From Eledone cirrhosa (Eukaryota): a DNA stretch of 64,000 nt. Below are positions 14,120 to 28,666 of this stretch, piece by piece. The stretch covers positions 40,610,001 through 40,674,000 of the forward strand of contig OZ024752.1 of NCBI GenBank assembly GCA_964016885.1, written 5' to 3'. The position numbers and the translations under genes are program-made. Position 1 is the stretch's first letter. The number at the start of each line of letters is the position of its first letter. The notes below the pieces were generated by a model, which worked only from the letters and a program-made list of their open reading frames with translations, was not told the origin of the DNA and did no database searches.

Positions 14120-14270
14120 AGCGATCGACTTTCGTCAAATCGGACCGAGGAAACAATGTTTCCGTTAGTCTTTCCAGTTGCTAATACTATATATCGGTCG
14201 CAACTCCAGGTAGAAGGAGCAACGTGAAATAAAGTGCCTTGCTCAAGGACGTAACGCATCGCCCGGTCCA
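14120..14270 (-). mobile_element. CORE-like SINE, 5'-truncated
   Basis: Matches 14779-14990 in reverse. Confidence 0.8.
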
Positions 14271-14271
14271 G

Positions 14272-14304
<33 letters not shown>

Positions 14305-14309
<5 letters not shown>

Positions 14310-14494
14310 GTTTCTACTTTAAGCACAAGGCCAGCAATTACCCAGTACATTACTGGTACTTTATTTTATCGACCCCGTAAGGATAAAAGGCAAAGTTAAC
14401 CTCGGCGGGATTTGAACTCAGACTGTAAAGGGACGTAACTATGCTAGAAAGCATGGCGCCCAACCCTCTACCGATACTGCCAATTCACCGCCCT
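14305..14494 (-). mobile_element. Meta-domain SINE
   Basis: Consensus match. Confidence 0.85.
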
Positions 14495-14711
14495 TATATA
14501 TATATGTATATAAATAGGTTGTGAGTGTGTGTGTGACTATGTCACTGCTGGTCCACCTGGTACATGGGAGTACGTCAACACTCATCTTTTTCCATTTATC
14601 TGAGGGTTCTAAACCCCATTATCAGGGTAAAAATTCCTTTAGTCAAAAATACGGTGAAAGCTATTCTATTTCTAATTTCAAACTTGCTCACTGTTTCAAA
14701 ACATACTTACT

Positions 14712-14778
<67 letters not shown>

Positions 14779-14780
<2 letters not shown>

Positions 14781-14990
14781 CGTGTGGCTGAGTGGTTAGA
14801 GAATTGGATTCGCAATCATAAGGTTGTGAGTTCGATTCCTGGACCAGGCGATGCGTTATGTCCTTGGGCAAGACACTTTATTTCACGTTGCTCCTTCTAC
14901 CTGGAGTTGCGACCGATAGATAGTATTAGCAATTGGAAAGACCAACGGAAACATTGTTCCCTCGGTCCGATTTGACGAAAGTCGATCGTT
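14779..14990 (+). mobile_element. Full-length tRNA-derived CORE/V-like SINE
   Basis: A and B boxes, GTCCTTGGGCAAGACACTT core-like motif, 3' hairpin CGATttGAC-GAAA-GTCgATCG; flanked by (TA)n. Confidence 0.85.
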
Positions 14991-15017
14991 CCTGTATATA
15001 TATATATATATATATAT

Positions 15018-15150
15018 ATAGGAACGAGTAGGACCCCGACGGCTGAGCTCAAGCCGTTTCGACGGCTAATATTACCCACTCTACTACCCTAAGTATTGAG
15101 TACTTTGGTGCGTTATGGTCCACCTGGTTCCTTACCACATTTCCTTCGTT
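15018..15150 (+). mobile_element. Fold-back family F1 copy with the right arm deleted
   Basis: Inverted arm joined directly to the tail. Confidence 0.7.
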
Positions 15151-15191
15151 ATATATATATATAAAATTAGAATTGGAGCTCTGAAATAGCG

Positions 15192-15600
15192 ATATATATA
15201 TGAATGTATATATAGTGTATTTTGTAATACACTGTATGCTTAATTAAAAGCATTTTGAAGACCTTAGGCTATTGTTTTAAAGTAGTGACCATCTCACCCA
15301 CTTCTTTTTTCAGCAAACAATTTTTGCTGCATCGGGAACCGCTCTGTATAATCAGTTCCTGATTATTACTGGAATTCTATGGGAATCCAACATTCATAAT
15401 TTTCAGCAGACAAGGGGAGTGGTAAGCTCTGAGGCGTACCAGCAGTACGAAACAGATCTGTCAGCTTGTCTCCCTTTGCTGAAAAAAGAAGTAAGTGACA
15501 AGGTCACTACTTTAAAACAATAGCGTAAGGTCTTCAAAAGGCTTTTAATTAAGCATACAGTGTATTACAAAATACACTGTATATATATTCATATATGTAT
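15192..15600 (+). mobile_element. Penelope-like fold-back element: about 125-bp inverted arms around a hammerhead motif
   Basis: 15192-15318 is complementary to 15474-15598; ends in (TA)n. Confidence 0.75.
15424..15467 (+). ncRNA. Minimal type I hammerhead ribozyme motif (A9-to-C variant)
   Basis: AAGCT-CTGAGGC-GTAC-cagca-GTAC-GAAA-CAGATCTG-TC-AGCTT; stems I and II perfect, palindromic stem III, GUC cleavage triplet; stem I extends via GGGAG/CTCCC. Confidence 0.75.
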
Positions 15601-15616
15601 ATATATATATATAAGG

Positions 15617-15829
15617 AACGATCGACTTTCGTCAAATCGGATCGAGGGAACAATGTTTCCGTTGGTCTTTCCAATTGCTAATACTATCTATCGGTCGCAA
15701 CTCCAGGTAGAAGGAGCAACGTGAAATAAAGTGTCTTGCTCAAGGACATAACGCATCGCCCGGTCCAGGAATCGAACTCACAACCTTACGATTGCGAATC
15801 CAATTCTCTAACCACTCAGCCACACGCCT
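15617..15829 (-). mobile_element. CORE-like SINE, full length
   Basis: Near-identical to 14779-14990 and 20157-20369. Confidence 0.85.
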
Positions 15830-16026
15830 TCCATATATATGTGTGTGTATATATATATATATATAGACATATATAATATGTCTCTATATATATATATGTT
15901 GTGAGTGTGTCTGTGTCTATAATGAATCATACAGAGAACAGATCAACAAAATCAAAGTTTAACTCAGTCGTAACAAAGTTCTATTTACACCCATTGACAC
16001 AGAGATAACACACGAATATTAATATT

Positions 16027-16066
<40 letters not shown>

Positions 16067-17366
16067 ACACATTTAAACAAACACACACATATTAAAATAT
16101 AAAAATGGCGTATTGTTGTTAAATAACTAATTTTTATGACTTTCTTCTGTAAAATCAACACAGCTTCTTTTCTGAATAACCGAGGAAGTTTTAATGTAAA
16201 TATTTCTAAGAAGCGATAGAAAAATCATATTTTGGTTCAATTAATAATATTAATAATAATAATGGTAATAATACGAATGAAAATAATTGAAAAATAATCG
16301 AAAAAAACAAACAAACAAAAACAAACCCAAACGATTTAATAAAATGGAATGAATTTTGGAGTTATCGAACGATAGGATAGAATTTAGTTTGATGTTTTAA
16401 TAATAAGTTACATGCTGGATGTGCCAAAAGGATATTGCAAAGAATATTTTGGTGGCTCAGATGAGATTAAATTCCATTAAATCTAGTCTCATATCTAGCT
16501 CCCTCTGATGGTTATGAGCAAAAAAAAACAACAAAAAAAAAATGGATAAAGAAATAACGTTAAGTCAATATCCGTAATTGTACGGTTCAATTGTTAAAGT
16601 GAATCACAGTATTCAATAAGCCAAAGAAATCCATTCCATTCCACCTTTCTTTCTCATCGCTTCTTTCTCCGTTTCTCTGCTACCTTCACCACCGCCAGCA
16701 TTTTCTTTCTTCATATATCCTCATAGCTTCACCATTACTGTGACACTACACTGAATATATCGTTTGTATCCCGATTCAAATCTTTCCACCACAACCTTTT
16801 TTTTTTCCCATTGACTGAATTGTTTCTAGGCAAATATTTACAACGAAAATTAAGGTCGGATTTTGTTGAACTAAGGATGCATTGAACCAACACACAGAGA
16901 TCATCTTATTTCCCTGTCATGGCCTCCTCTCGTTTCTCGTTCTTTCTATTAATCTTCTTCAAATCTTTCTCTACTTTGAGCGCTTTGCCTTCATTTTGCC
17001 TTCGTTTTGATTTCGTTTTGTCTTCATTTTGTCTTCATTTTCTTCCGTTCCTTCATTTTGTCTTATTCTTTTTTAATCTCTATCATTCACACTTTCAATT
17101 TGCTTTCTGTTTATTTTACATTATTAATTTTTTCTTTAATTTATTCTTTACTATTATAGTTTTTAATTATATATATATATATATATATTTTTCTTAGTCT
17201 TGTTCTTTTTATTTTTCTACTTTTCATGACTTCACTATTTCCTTATCAAGGTTCCTTGTGTCCTTAAACCAATTTCCTAGTTAGCACCACCTATATGTTG
17301 CCGCCATTAGTTATTTATTTATTTATTATTATTATTATTATATTATCATTATTATTATTATTATTA

Positions 17367-17427
<61 letters not shown>

Positions 17428-17860
17428 TTACATTCCCCCGGTGTTGACTCAATCCGGTTTACAATTATTATTCTTTCCTTCTTTAACCTTCTATCTTTAT
17501 AAAGATATCATTTCCTTGCAATATATATTGAACCAAATGAATGTTCTAGTATCTATATGTTTTCAAGGTGTGTACATGTTTTAGCAAAGATCTGTTATTA
17601 TATTAGCTGTGTTCTCAGTCTGTGCGAATGTGTGAGTAAAGAAGCCTTTAATACATATATGCGTATGGTCTCTTCCTCTCACACGTTTTCCTTTCTTTCG
17701 CAATATACCTAAAGTTATTCATCCACACATACCATATACACATATATACACACTCTTATATATCACGTATGTATATATGCTCTACGTTTTTTAAAATATT
17801 TATATATATATTATCCTTATCGAGCCCTCTTCGGATTTTAGTCTTCACTTTTATTATCAT

Positions 17861-17895
<35 letters not shown>

Positions 17896-17935
17896 AAAGA
17901 ACACAAGAGCGTCTACAACATCAAAAGATTTTTAT

Positions 17936-17984
17936 TAGCTTACAATGTTTCTTCCTTACGTAACCGTAGGATTCGTCAGAGCTA
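17936..17984 (-). ncRNA. Minimal type I hammerhead ribozyme motif
   Basis: Minus strand: TAGCT-CTGACGA-a-TCCTACG-gtta-CGTaAGGA-a-GAAAC-att-GTA-AGCTA; core intact. Confidence 0.75.
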
Positions 17985-18053
17985 TAAAAGGGGTTTGATT
18001 GGTGTTATGGACTCTACCAACCAAACATTCAAGAACATATATTATATATATAT

Positions 18054-18257
18054 AATTACAACAGTGACATAAACAGGTACTCAAGTTTCGTTGGGTTCTG
18101 GACCCCAATTTTCTCATGACAGCTGAAGAAATTGGGGCGCAGAACCCAACGAAACTTGAGTACCTGTTTTATGTCACTGTTGTAATTATTTATACTAAAC
18201 TCGTCCTACGGACTCAGTGCTATTACTCTTGGATATTTCCACTTAACTTTTACTTCA

Positions 18258-18258
<1 letters not shown>
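18054..18258 (+). mobile_element. Fold-back element with hammerhead-like motif at 18119-18167
   Basis: About 60-bp inverted arms; ACAG-CTGAAGA-aa-TTGGG..CCCAA-c-GAAAC-ttga-GTA-cCTGT; between (TA)n tracts. Confidence 0.65.
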
Positions 18259-18303
<45 letters not shown>

Positions 18304-18429
18304 TTTTTTTTTCATAGGAGCCTTTATTCTTATAGCTTGGTCTAATTGATTTTTTTTATATGGTTAATTATGCTAATTGGGAGAAGAAATGGTATATATT
18401 TTATCTAGTGATTCTAAGGACATGATTTA

Positions 18430-18507
<78 letters not shown>

Positions 18508-18584
18508 ATGTATATGATGGTAGCTAAGATGCTTATATATACATATATATATACATATATATATATATATACATATATATATAC

Positions 18585-18615
<31 letters not shown>

Positions 18616-18646
18616 CATATATATATACATATATATATATACATAT

Positions 18647-18716
<70 letters not shown>

Positions 18717-18862
18717 CTATATTTATATATATACACATGTTATATGTTTCTCTATGATAGGTGCCCCTCAGAAAAGAAGCTTTTCAATTATTTATAACTA
18801 CCTGGTTTCTATTTCTCACCACTAGGTCACCCGAAGCAGCATATACCATCATCTACTAATTT

Positions 18863-19050
18863 AATTGTTTCTACTTTAGGCACAAGGCCAGCAATTACCC
18901 AGTGCATCACTGGTACTTTATTTTATCGACCCCCGTAAGGATGAAAGGCAAAGTCAACCTCGGCGGGATTTGAACTCAGATCGTAAAGGGAGGTAACTCT
19001 ATGCTTCAAAGCATGGCGTCCGACCCTCAACCGATACTACCAATCCACCG
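18863..19050 (-). mobile_element. Meta-domain SINE (older diverged copies at about 19120-19300 and 19805-20015)
   Basis: Consensus match. Confidence 0.8.
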
Positions 19051-20156
19051 ATATGGAACAGAAAGTTTATTTTGCTAGAGATTTGAATTTACGACCTAAG
19101 AACTTATCAGGTGACCACACAATTTCTAATTTAGGCACAAGGGCAAAGTTGATAGATCACCCCAGTACTTAACTGGTACTTTGTTTTATCGATAATAGAA
19201 GGATGAAAGGCGAAGTTGATCTTGGCGGGATTTGAGCTCTGGATATAAAGATTCGGAACAATGACATTGTATCAAACATTCTACCGATTCAGCAAGTCAA
19301 TCACTCTACAGATTTAATAAATATCAAATTATGGAAATGTTATGAAATAGCCAAATAAAAAAACAAGATGGTGACAGGGTTTTCGTGGTTGTTTGCATTG
19401 AAGAAATTATTCCTTCAAATATTTAGAGAATTCCTTTTATTATGAAGATTATGAAGAATTTAACGTGTGTTATGCAGCAGTCTACATCTTCACCCCATTT
19501 CCAACTTTATAGTAATATCTGTCATATAATCACATTTTGTAGTGTGTGACAGTTGACAGTCATTTAAACTTCTACATATTGGGTTGTAACATAAATTCTC
19601 GCCGTTGTTATAAAACTTCTTAATAAAAAAATACGGCGGGAATGTATGGTACAACCGAATATATTGATTTGGTGCAATATGAATATTCGTGCGATTCATG
19701 TGGTTAGAGCCTCAACTTGAGTTTCTGTATCTCTAAACATGTAGCGTTGTGCCTAAGTAAAAAAAAAAAAAAAATGACTAATATCAATATAATCGAAATC
19801 ATAAGGATTTCTAATATAAGCACAAGGCCAGCAATTCATGGAGAGGAGAAAGACGATTATATTTACCCCAGTACATTACTGGTGCTTTATCGACCCTGGA
19901 AAGATCAAAAGCAAAGTTGACTTCGGCGGGATTTGAACTCAGAACGTAGACTGTTTTAACTAACTACCACAAAATATTTTGTCTGACGCTCTAACGACTC
20001 AGCCAATTCAACGCCTTTATAATAGAAATCATAATTAAAAAAAAGGTAAAACCTCAATGATCCAAGTTTACAACCCAGTTACGGTTCATCCTGAAAACTG
20101 TATTATTCCAATTACTCCTTCAAAATAAATGGATTCTATAATCCATGGTACTTTTT

Positions 20157-20369
20157 ACGATCGACTTTCGTCAAATCGGACCGAGGGAACAATGTTTCCG
20201 TTGGTCTTTCCAATTGCTAATACTATCTATCGGTCGCAACTCCAGGTAGAAGGAGCAACGTGAAATAAAGTGTCTTGCTCAAGGACATAACGCATCACCT
20301 GGTCCAGGAATCGAACTCACAACCTTACGATTGCGAATCCAATTCTCTAACCACTCAGCCACACGCCTT
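20157..20369 (-). mobile_element. CORE-like SINE, full length
   Basis: Near-identical to 15617-15829. Confidence 0.85.
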
Positions 20370-20454
20370 CACATGGTACTTGTATCAGACTAAAAACAAA
20401 GAACTCAGTATCTCAGTCAATAGTATTGCTAAGAAGAGAAATAATCATCAGCTA

Positions 20455-20878
20455 TTGGTAGATTGGCAGTATCGGTAGAGGGTCGGACGCCATGCTTTGC
20501 AGCAAAGAGTTACGGCCCTTTATGATCTGAGTTCAAATCCCGCCGAGATTAACTTTGCCTTTCATCCTTACGGGGTCGATAAAATAAAGTACCAGTCACT
20601 CACGGGGGTCGATTTAATCGTCTTTCCCCCTCCCCCAAAATTGGTGGCCTTGTGTCTATATAAGAAACCATTATTAGCAAGTACAGAGGGCGGTGGATTG
20701 GCAGTTTCGGTAGAGGGTCGGACGCCATGCTTTGCAGCAAAGAATTACGGCCCTTTATGGTCTGAGTTCAAATCCCGCCGAGGTTAACTTTGCCTTTCAA
20801 CCTTACGGGCTCTATAAAATAAAGTACCAGTAATACACTGGGATAATTGCTGGCCTTGTGCCAAAAGTAGAAATAATT
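20455..20878 (+). mobile_element. Two head-to-tail Meta-domain SINEs (long-tail, then short-tail variant)
   Basis: Consensus match. Confidence 0.85.
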
Positions 20879-20889
20879 ATTTAATATTT

Positions 20890-21165
20890 GGTAAATGTGT
20901 TGGACTTACTATCATAACATCGTAGGTTTGGTTCCTAGACTGGGTTGTATATTGCGTTCTTGAGAAAAAACACTCCATTTCACGTTGTTCCAGTATACTC
21001 AGTTGAAAATGAGTACCAGCAATAGCTGGGGTTTGAACCTTACGATGGACTGGCGTCTTGTCCAGGGGGAAGTCATGAACTACCTGTCGCTTCACACCAT
21101 GGAAACCGAGATAACCGCCAGCTTGATGAGCCTCCGAACTCAAGACAGACTTTAGACTTTTAGAC
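20890..21165 (+). mobile_element. Older CORE/V-like SINE with GAAACCGAGATAACC..TGATGAGCC tail
   Basis: Degenerate tRNA head, TTCTTGAG..AAACACTCCATTTCACGTTG; related to 50268-50445. Confidence 0.6.
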
Positions 21166-21460
21166 TATTTAAAAATAAAGCTAAAACTAATCACTGGGTC
21201 TTATAATTGTCGTAACAAAATCAATATTAACAGAACAATGAAATGTTTTTACTGCGATTCAAACCACACATTGAAATATTAATAGAGTAAAAACTGAAAT
21301 GTCTACAGCTAGGGATCAAACTTGGTCCATTGATTTGATCGATTGAAAGATAACCAACGTTTGCGCTATGATTAAAAATGTTATTAGAAATATTCATTCA
21401 TAAAGATTAAAAGGAATTAATATAAAGAGTGGTGTGCTCACGCGCGGAGATGTTATGAAA

Positions 21461-21700
21461 TAGCTTATGAAAGCTATTATATAAGCTATTATTATATAAG
21501 CTATTATATAAGCTATTATATTAGCTATTATACAAGCTATTATATAAGCTATTATATAAGCTGTTTTATAAGCTATTATACAAGCTATTATATAAGCTAT
21601 TATATAAGCTGTTTTATAAGCTATTATATAAGCTATTATACAAGCTATTATATAAACTATTATATAAGCTGTTTTATAAGCTATTATATAAGATATTATA
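21461..21700. repeat. 12-bp minisatellite (AGCTATTATATA)
   Basis: Directly visible. Confidence 0.9.
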
Positions 21701-21751
21701 AGACGAAAAAAAAAAGCCACGATGGCAACTTCTTTAAGGGTTTTCACCCTG

Positions 21752-21934
21752 AATTGGCAGTATCGGTAGAGGGTTGAACGCCATGCTTTCTAGCATAGTT
21801 ACCTCCTTTTCCGGTCTGAGTTCAAATCCCACCGAGGTTAACTATGCCTTTCATCCTTACGGGGTCGATAAAATAAAGTACCAGTAATGTACTGGGTAAT
21901 TGCTGGCTTGTGCCAAAAAGTAGAAACAATTATT
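21752..21934 (+). mobile_element. Meta-domain SINE (another copy on the minus strand at about 22430-22615)
   Basis: Consensus match. Confidence 0.8.
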
Positions 21935-22612
21935 AGCTATTCTATAGCATTTCTACACATGAGCACACCACTCTTTATATTACCTTTATTCCCCCAGCGC
22001 CTTGTAAAAGTCCGAGAGATCGGCTACACGATGTTTGTTGACATATAAAAACAACAAAAGAAAATAATATTGGTTTCTTTTCACAAGGGCGGTGCCCCAG
22101 CATGGCCTCAGCCGGATGGCTGGAACAGGTAAAAGAGTAAGATACAATAGCAACTTTGTTGTTTATTACTAATGTAACACCAGGAGCTCCTTCTTTGATT
22201 AACTGCTTACTTACCAGCTTGACCCCTCTCCCAACCTCTCCCCCACTCTCTCTCTCCTCTTTTTTTTTGACGAAAGTCTATCTATATTTCTCTCAATTCA
22301 ACGTTACCATCTACACCCTATCCTGTGTATGTGTGCCTGTGCCTTTGTGAATATGAATATGCATACATTTATATGTATGAGTATATAAATATATATTTCT
22401 TTATTGATAGATATATTTCTTTACTAAAGTTTCTACTTTTGGCACAAGGCGAGCGGTTACCCCAGAGCATTACTGGTACTTCATTTTATCGACCCCGTAA
22501 GGATGAAAGGCAAAGTTAACCTCGGCGGATTCGAACTCAGAACGCAAAGGTCCATAACTCTATGCTACAAGGCATGATGGCTAACGCTCTACCGATACTG
22601 CCAAACCACTGC

Positions 22613-22657
<45 letters not shown>

Positions 22658-22725
22658 CGCACAAACACAGACACACTTACAAAATACTCACTCACAGACA
22701 TACATTCACACAAATACACATATAA

Positions 22726-22764
<39 letters not shown>

Positions 22765-23248
22765 TTGTGTGACGGACGGAAATCGCTGAAATTTATATAT
22801 AGATAAATTTATCTCTTTTTTCGCTTAATAGAACGGAAGGCGAGAGAATCAGCTCTGATACCGATCGTATATGGATCATTGTGATTCAGTGGGGGAACCC
22901 CCCCCCCCAAAAAAAAAAACAAACAAACAAACGATCAACCAATTTACTAGCTTCATATGTTTAACTCTCTTTAGTTCCTCTCACTAATTCAGAACGTCTA
23001 TCTCGTTGTATATCTTATCTACTGGTTAGTCTCGCATGTCTTCGTACATATTTCTTAGTTTTCTTTCATTTTCTTACAATAGCAATCTTAAACAGTTTAC
23101 CAGATTTCCAAACACAGTCAAGTTAATTGTATTTAAGACAATTCCGAAGGAATTTACGTTGTTTTGTTTCTTCAAACGACGTTTGTCTAAACATATGTTT
23201 ATATTATATTTTCACAGTTCATCTTGCTTCAAGCAAGTGATACTGAGC

Positions 23249-23643
23249 TTTATATATTATTACCAATGATGGGAGAGTGTGGGTATGTGTGCTTTATACA
23301 TTATTACCAATGTTGGGAGTGTGTGGGTATGTGTGCTTTATACATTATTACCAATGATGGGAGAGTGTGGGTATGTGTGCTTTATACATTATTACCAATG
23401 TTGGGAGTGTGTGGGTATGTGTGCTTTATACATTATTACCAATGATGGGAGAGTGTGGGTATGTGTGCTTTATACATTATTACCAATGATGGGAGAGTGT
23501 GGGTATGTGTGCTTTATACATTATTACCAATGATGGGAGAGTGTGGGTATGTGTGCTTTATACATTATTACCAATGATGGGAGTGTGTGGGTATGTGTGC
23601 TTTATACATTATTACCAATGTTGGGAGTGTGTGGGTATGTGTG
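23249..23643. repeat. 44-bp minisatellite, about 9 copies
   Basis: TTTATACATTATTACCAATGATGGGAGAGTGTGGGTATGTGTGC. Confidence 0.95.
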
Positions 23644-23770
23644 AGTTCGCATTTATGTATGTATTTGTATGTATATGTATGTATATTGACATATGCATAC
23701 ATACATACATATATATATACATATATACTATATATTGAGTGAAACCATCATACATATATATATATATATT

Positions 23771-23809
<39 letters not shown>

Positions 23810-23818
23810 ATATTTATA

Positions 23819-23899
<81 letters not shown>

Positions 23900-23939
23900 A
23901 TATATTTATATATATTTATATATATATATATATAGTATT

Positions 23940-24106
<167 letters not shown>

Positions 24107-24156
24107 TTTATATATATATATATATATATATAGTATTTATATATATATATATATAG

Positions 24157-24222
<66 letters not shown>

Positions 24223-24498
24223 TTTATATATATATATATATATATAGTATTTATATATATATATATATATATAGTATTTATATATATATATATATATATA
24301 GTATTTATATATTTATATATACATATATATAGTATTTATATATTTATATATACATATATATAGTATTTATATATTTATATATATATATATATAGTATTTA
24401 TATATTTATATATATATATATATAGTATTTATATATTTATATATATATATATATAGTATTTATATATTTATATATATATATATATATATTTATATATT

Positions 24499-24580
<82 letters not shown>

Positions 24581-25269
24581 CGCACACACACGTATATATA
24601 TAAGCACGTATATAGACACGCATGTATGGATGTATATAGCTACATATTTATATAGTATATGGAATGGGTCTCTGTCGATTTTCACGATGAGTGTTCCAGT
24701 TGTTTGCTCAATAGTACTGCCTGCTCATGAAATTAACAAGTAAGTGTACTGAACATTCCGCAAAGAGATTTTGTGTGACAGGATGTGAGTCATAAGGTTG
24801 GCTCCTTGAATTACTGGTACATTCTACCTGTAATTAATTCTCATAGCATGGGTTGACCCGTGGGTATGATTAATAACACTTGCCCCAGATGTCACGTTGT
24901 AGAATCAAACCCGAGTCCTAATAAATGTGAAGCGATCTCCTCACCCATTCCACCATACTGTGTCCATATATCTATATAACGACTCAAATATTTCGGCTAA
25001 AAGTTCCACTTATCAAATCAACACCAGAAACATGAGTGGGGGAAGGTGGTATTTTCGTATATAATGATGGTGATTTTTCTATATGTTGGTGGCAATTAGG
25101 ATCGTATTTGTGTGTAAGTGACGGTGGTGGTGGTTGTGTGTATGGTGGTGGTAGTGGTTGTGTGTATGCTGATGGTTTTGTTCATGTGTATGCTGGAGGT
25201 TATGTGTAGCGGTAGTGGGGGTTGTGCATATGGCGATGGCAGTGGGGCTGGAGGTTGTAAGTATGGTGG

Positions 25270-26800
25270 TATGTGATGTCAGTGGTGGTGGTATGTACAG
25301 TGATGAAGGTAAGCAAAGTAGTGGTAGTGTGTCCAATATTTGTGGTAGTGGTAGTAGTAGTGGTGGTGTGTATGTCAGCAGTAATGGTGGTGTGTATATC
25401 AGTAGTAGTGGTGGAGTGTATATCAGTAGTAGTGGTGGAGTGTATGTCAGCAGTAGTGGTGGTGTGTATGTCAGCAGTAGTGGTGGAGTGTATGGTGATG
25501 ATGTGTATGTCAGTGGTGGTGGTATGTACAGTGATGAAGGTAAGCAAAGTAGTGGTAGTGTGTCTAATATTTGTGGTAGTGGTAGTAGTAGTGGTGTGTA
25601 TTTCAGTAGTAGTGGTGGAGTGTATGTCAGCAGTAGTGGCGGAGTGTATGTCAGCAGTAGTGGTGGAGTGTATGTCAACAGTAGTGGTGGTGTGTATTTC
25701 AGTAGTAGTGGTGGTGTGTATGTCAGCAGTAATGGTGGTGTGTATTTCAGTAGTAGTGGTGGAGTGTATGGTGATGATGTGTATGTCAGTGGTGGTGGTG
25801 GTATGTACGGTGATGATGGTGTGCAAAGTAGTGGTAGTGTGTACGATATTTGTGGTAGTGGTAGTAGTAGTGGTGGTATGTATGTCATTGGTAGTGGTGG
25901 TGTGTATGTCAGTAGTAGTGGTGATGTGTATGTCATTGGTAGTGGTGGTGTGTATGTCAGCAGTAGTGGTGGTGTGTATGTCAGTAGTAGTGGTGGTGTG
26001 TATGTCAGCAGTATTGGTGGTGTGTATGTCAGCAGTAGTGGTGGTGTGTATTTCAGTAGTAGTGGTGGCGTGTATGTCAGCAGTAGTGGTGGAGTGTATA
26101 TCAGCATTAGTGGTGGTGTGTATGTCAGCAGTAGTGGTGGTGTGTATGTCAGCAGTAATGGTGGTGTGTATTTCAGTAGTAGTGGTGGAGTGTATGGTGA
26201 TGATGTGTATGTCAGTGGTGGTGGTGGTATGTACGGTGATGATGGTGTGCAAAGTAGTGGTAGTGTGTACGATATTTGTGGTAGTGGTAGTAGTAGTGGT
26301 GGTGTGTATGTCATTGGTAGAGGTAGTGTGTATGTCAGTAGTAGTGGTGGTGTGTACGATATTTGTGGTAGTGGTAGTAGCAGTAGTGGTGGTATGTACG
26401 GTGATGATGCGTATGTCAGTGGTAGTGGTGGTATGTATGTCATTGGAAGTGGTGGTGTGTACGATATTTGTGGTAGTGGTAGTAGCAGTAGTGGTGGTAT
26501 GTACAGTGATGATGCGTATGTCAGTAGTAGTGGTGGTGTGTATGTCAGAAGTAGTGGTGGTGTGTACGATATTTGTGGTAGTAGCACTAGTGGTGGTATG
26601 TACGGTGATGATGCGTATGTCAGTGGTAGTGGTGGTGTGTATGTCATTGGTAGTGGTGGTGTGTATGTCAGTAGTAGTGGTGGTGTGTACGATATTTGTG
26701 GTAGTGGTAGTAGCAGTAGTGGTGGTATGTACAGTGTTGATGCGTATGTCAGTGGTAGTGGTGGTGTGTATGTCATTGGAAGTGGTGGTGTGTATGGTGT
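25270..26800. repeat. Complex minisatellite built on a 24-bp unit (GGTGTGTATGTCAGCAGTAGTGGT) with higher-order duplications
   Basis: Directly visible; four frames open. Confidence 0.9.
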
Positions 26801-26987
26801 TGTTAGTGAGGTGTTAGTATGTGTTTATTGCGTTAGTTCATTGTCCAGAACAACATCAACATAGATTTATCATTTTATCTTTATTTTATGTCCTGTTGAG
26901 TATATGGAGATATATTATGTCAGAACGTGTGTACATGTGTGGATATGTATACATATATATAGATATATATATGCATATATATATGTA

Positions 26988-27038
<51 letters not shown>

Positions 27039-27217
27039 GACACACATATATATATAATATATGTATGTGTATATATATGTATACATATGTATATATATAT
27101 ATATATATATACATATGTGTATATATATATATATATACACGTGTGTATATATGTATATATATATATATATATAGACATATATATATATATATATATAGAC
27201 ATATACATATATATGTC

Positions 27218-27260
<43 letters not shown>

Positions 27261-27403
27261 ATTTGTGTGTGTGTATGCTTTCATACAGCTACAGACAAAT
27301 TGTTATATTAGAGGCAATTCATGACAAAAACAAACAACCATCAAAAACAACAACATGAAGCAAAGCGTACACACATATATGGACACACATATATGGACAC
27401 ATG

Positions 27404-27461
<58 letters not shown>

Positions 27462-27471
27462 CACACTCACA

Positions 27472-27517
<46 letters not shown>

Positions 27518-27523
27518 AACATA

Positions 27524-27574
<51 letters not shown>

Positions 27575-27951
27575 GCTAAGATTAAATATAATGATTTTCC
27601 ATTTCCGAGAGAAATAATCGCAACGATCTCCAACTTACACTGTACTAAATTTAGTTAACAAAATGCAATAGCTTAATCTAAAAACGGCAATGTCCCTTTG
27701 GCACCAAGTGGATATTTTTCCTATAAAGCAAATTTGCAGTTGCTATCTTAAAAGTGTACACTTCATGTTTACAAATTGGCTTGGGAGGAAAGTTCCGCAA
27801 TGTAGGACAACAGTTAGCTTTTGTATAATTGGATCTGCTGTTCAAAGTTCGACTCCCCGACGAAGCCGTTTCACATTGTATTTCATTTCACTAGTGTATC
27901 GTCTATGAACGCTACACATCCACTTTGATAACTCTAACTAAATAATAAATT

Positions 27952-28025
<74 letters not shown>

Positions 28026-28030
<5 letters not shown>

Positions 28031-28230
28031 AACGAGTAGGACCCCGACAGCTGAGCTCAAGCCGTTTCGACGGCTAATTCTGGACTAAAATTTAGTCCAG
28101 AATTAGCCGTCGAAACGGCTTGAGCTCAGCCGTCGGGGTCCTACTCGTTCCTATTACCCACTCTACTACCCTAAGTATTGAGTACTTTGGTGCGTTATGG
28201 TCCACCTGGTTCCTTACCACATTTCTTCCG

Positions 28231-28232
<2 letters not shown>
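28026..28232 (+). mobile_element. Fold-back family F1 copy
   Basis: About 60-bp near-perfect inverted arms; (TA)n on both sides. Confidence 0.8.
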
Positions 28233-28292
<60 letters not shown>

Positions 28293-28401
28293 CGTTTCTT
28301 TCTGAATATGTTGCCAATAAATTGAAGTGAAAGTAACTGGTGCGTGTGTTTCTTATTGGCAACATGACCCTCCCAAAGTATAACAATATATATATATATA
28401 T

Positions 28402-28592
28402 AACGAAGGAAGTGTGGTAAGGAACCAGGTGGACCATAACGCACCAGAGTGCTCGATGCTTTGGGTAGTAGAGTGGGTAATAGGAAAAGGTTCAGGACCC
28501 CGACTGCAGAGCCCAAGCCGTTTCGACGGCTATTTCTGGAGTCCAGAAATAGCCGTCGAAACGGCTTGAGCTCTGCCGCCGGGGTCCTGAAC
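28402..28592 (-). mobile_element. Fold-back family F1 copy
   Basis: As above, opposite orientation. Confidence 0.75.
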
Positions 28593-28600
28593 AATTTATA

Positions 28601-28666
<66 letters not shown>

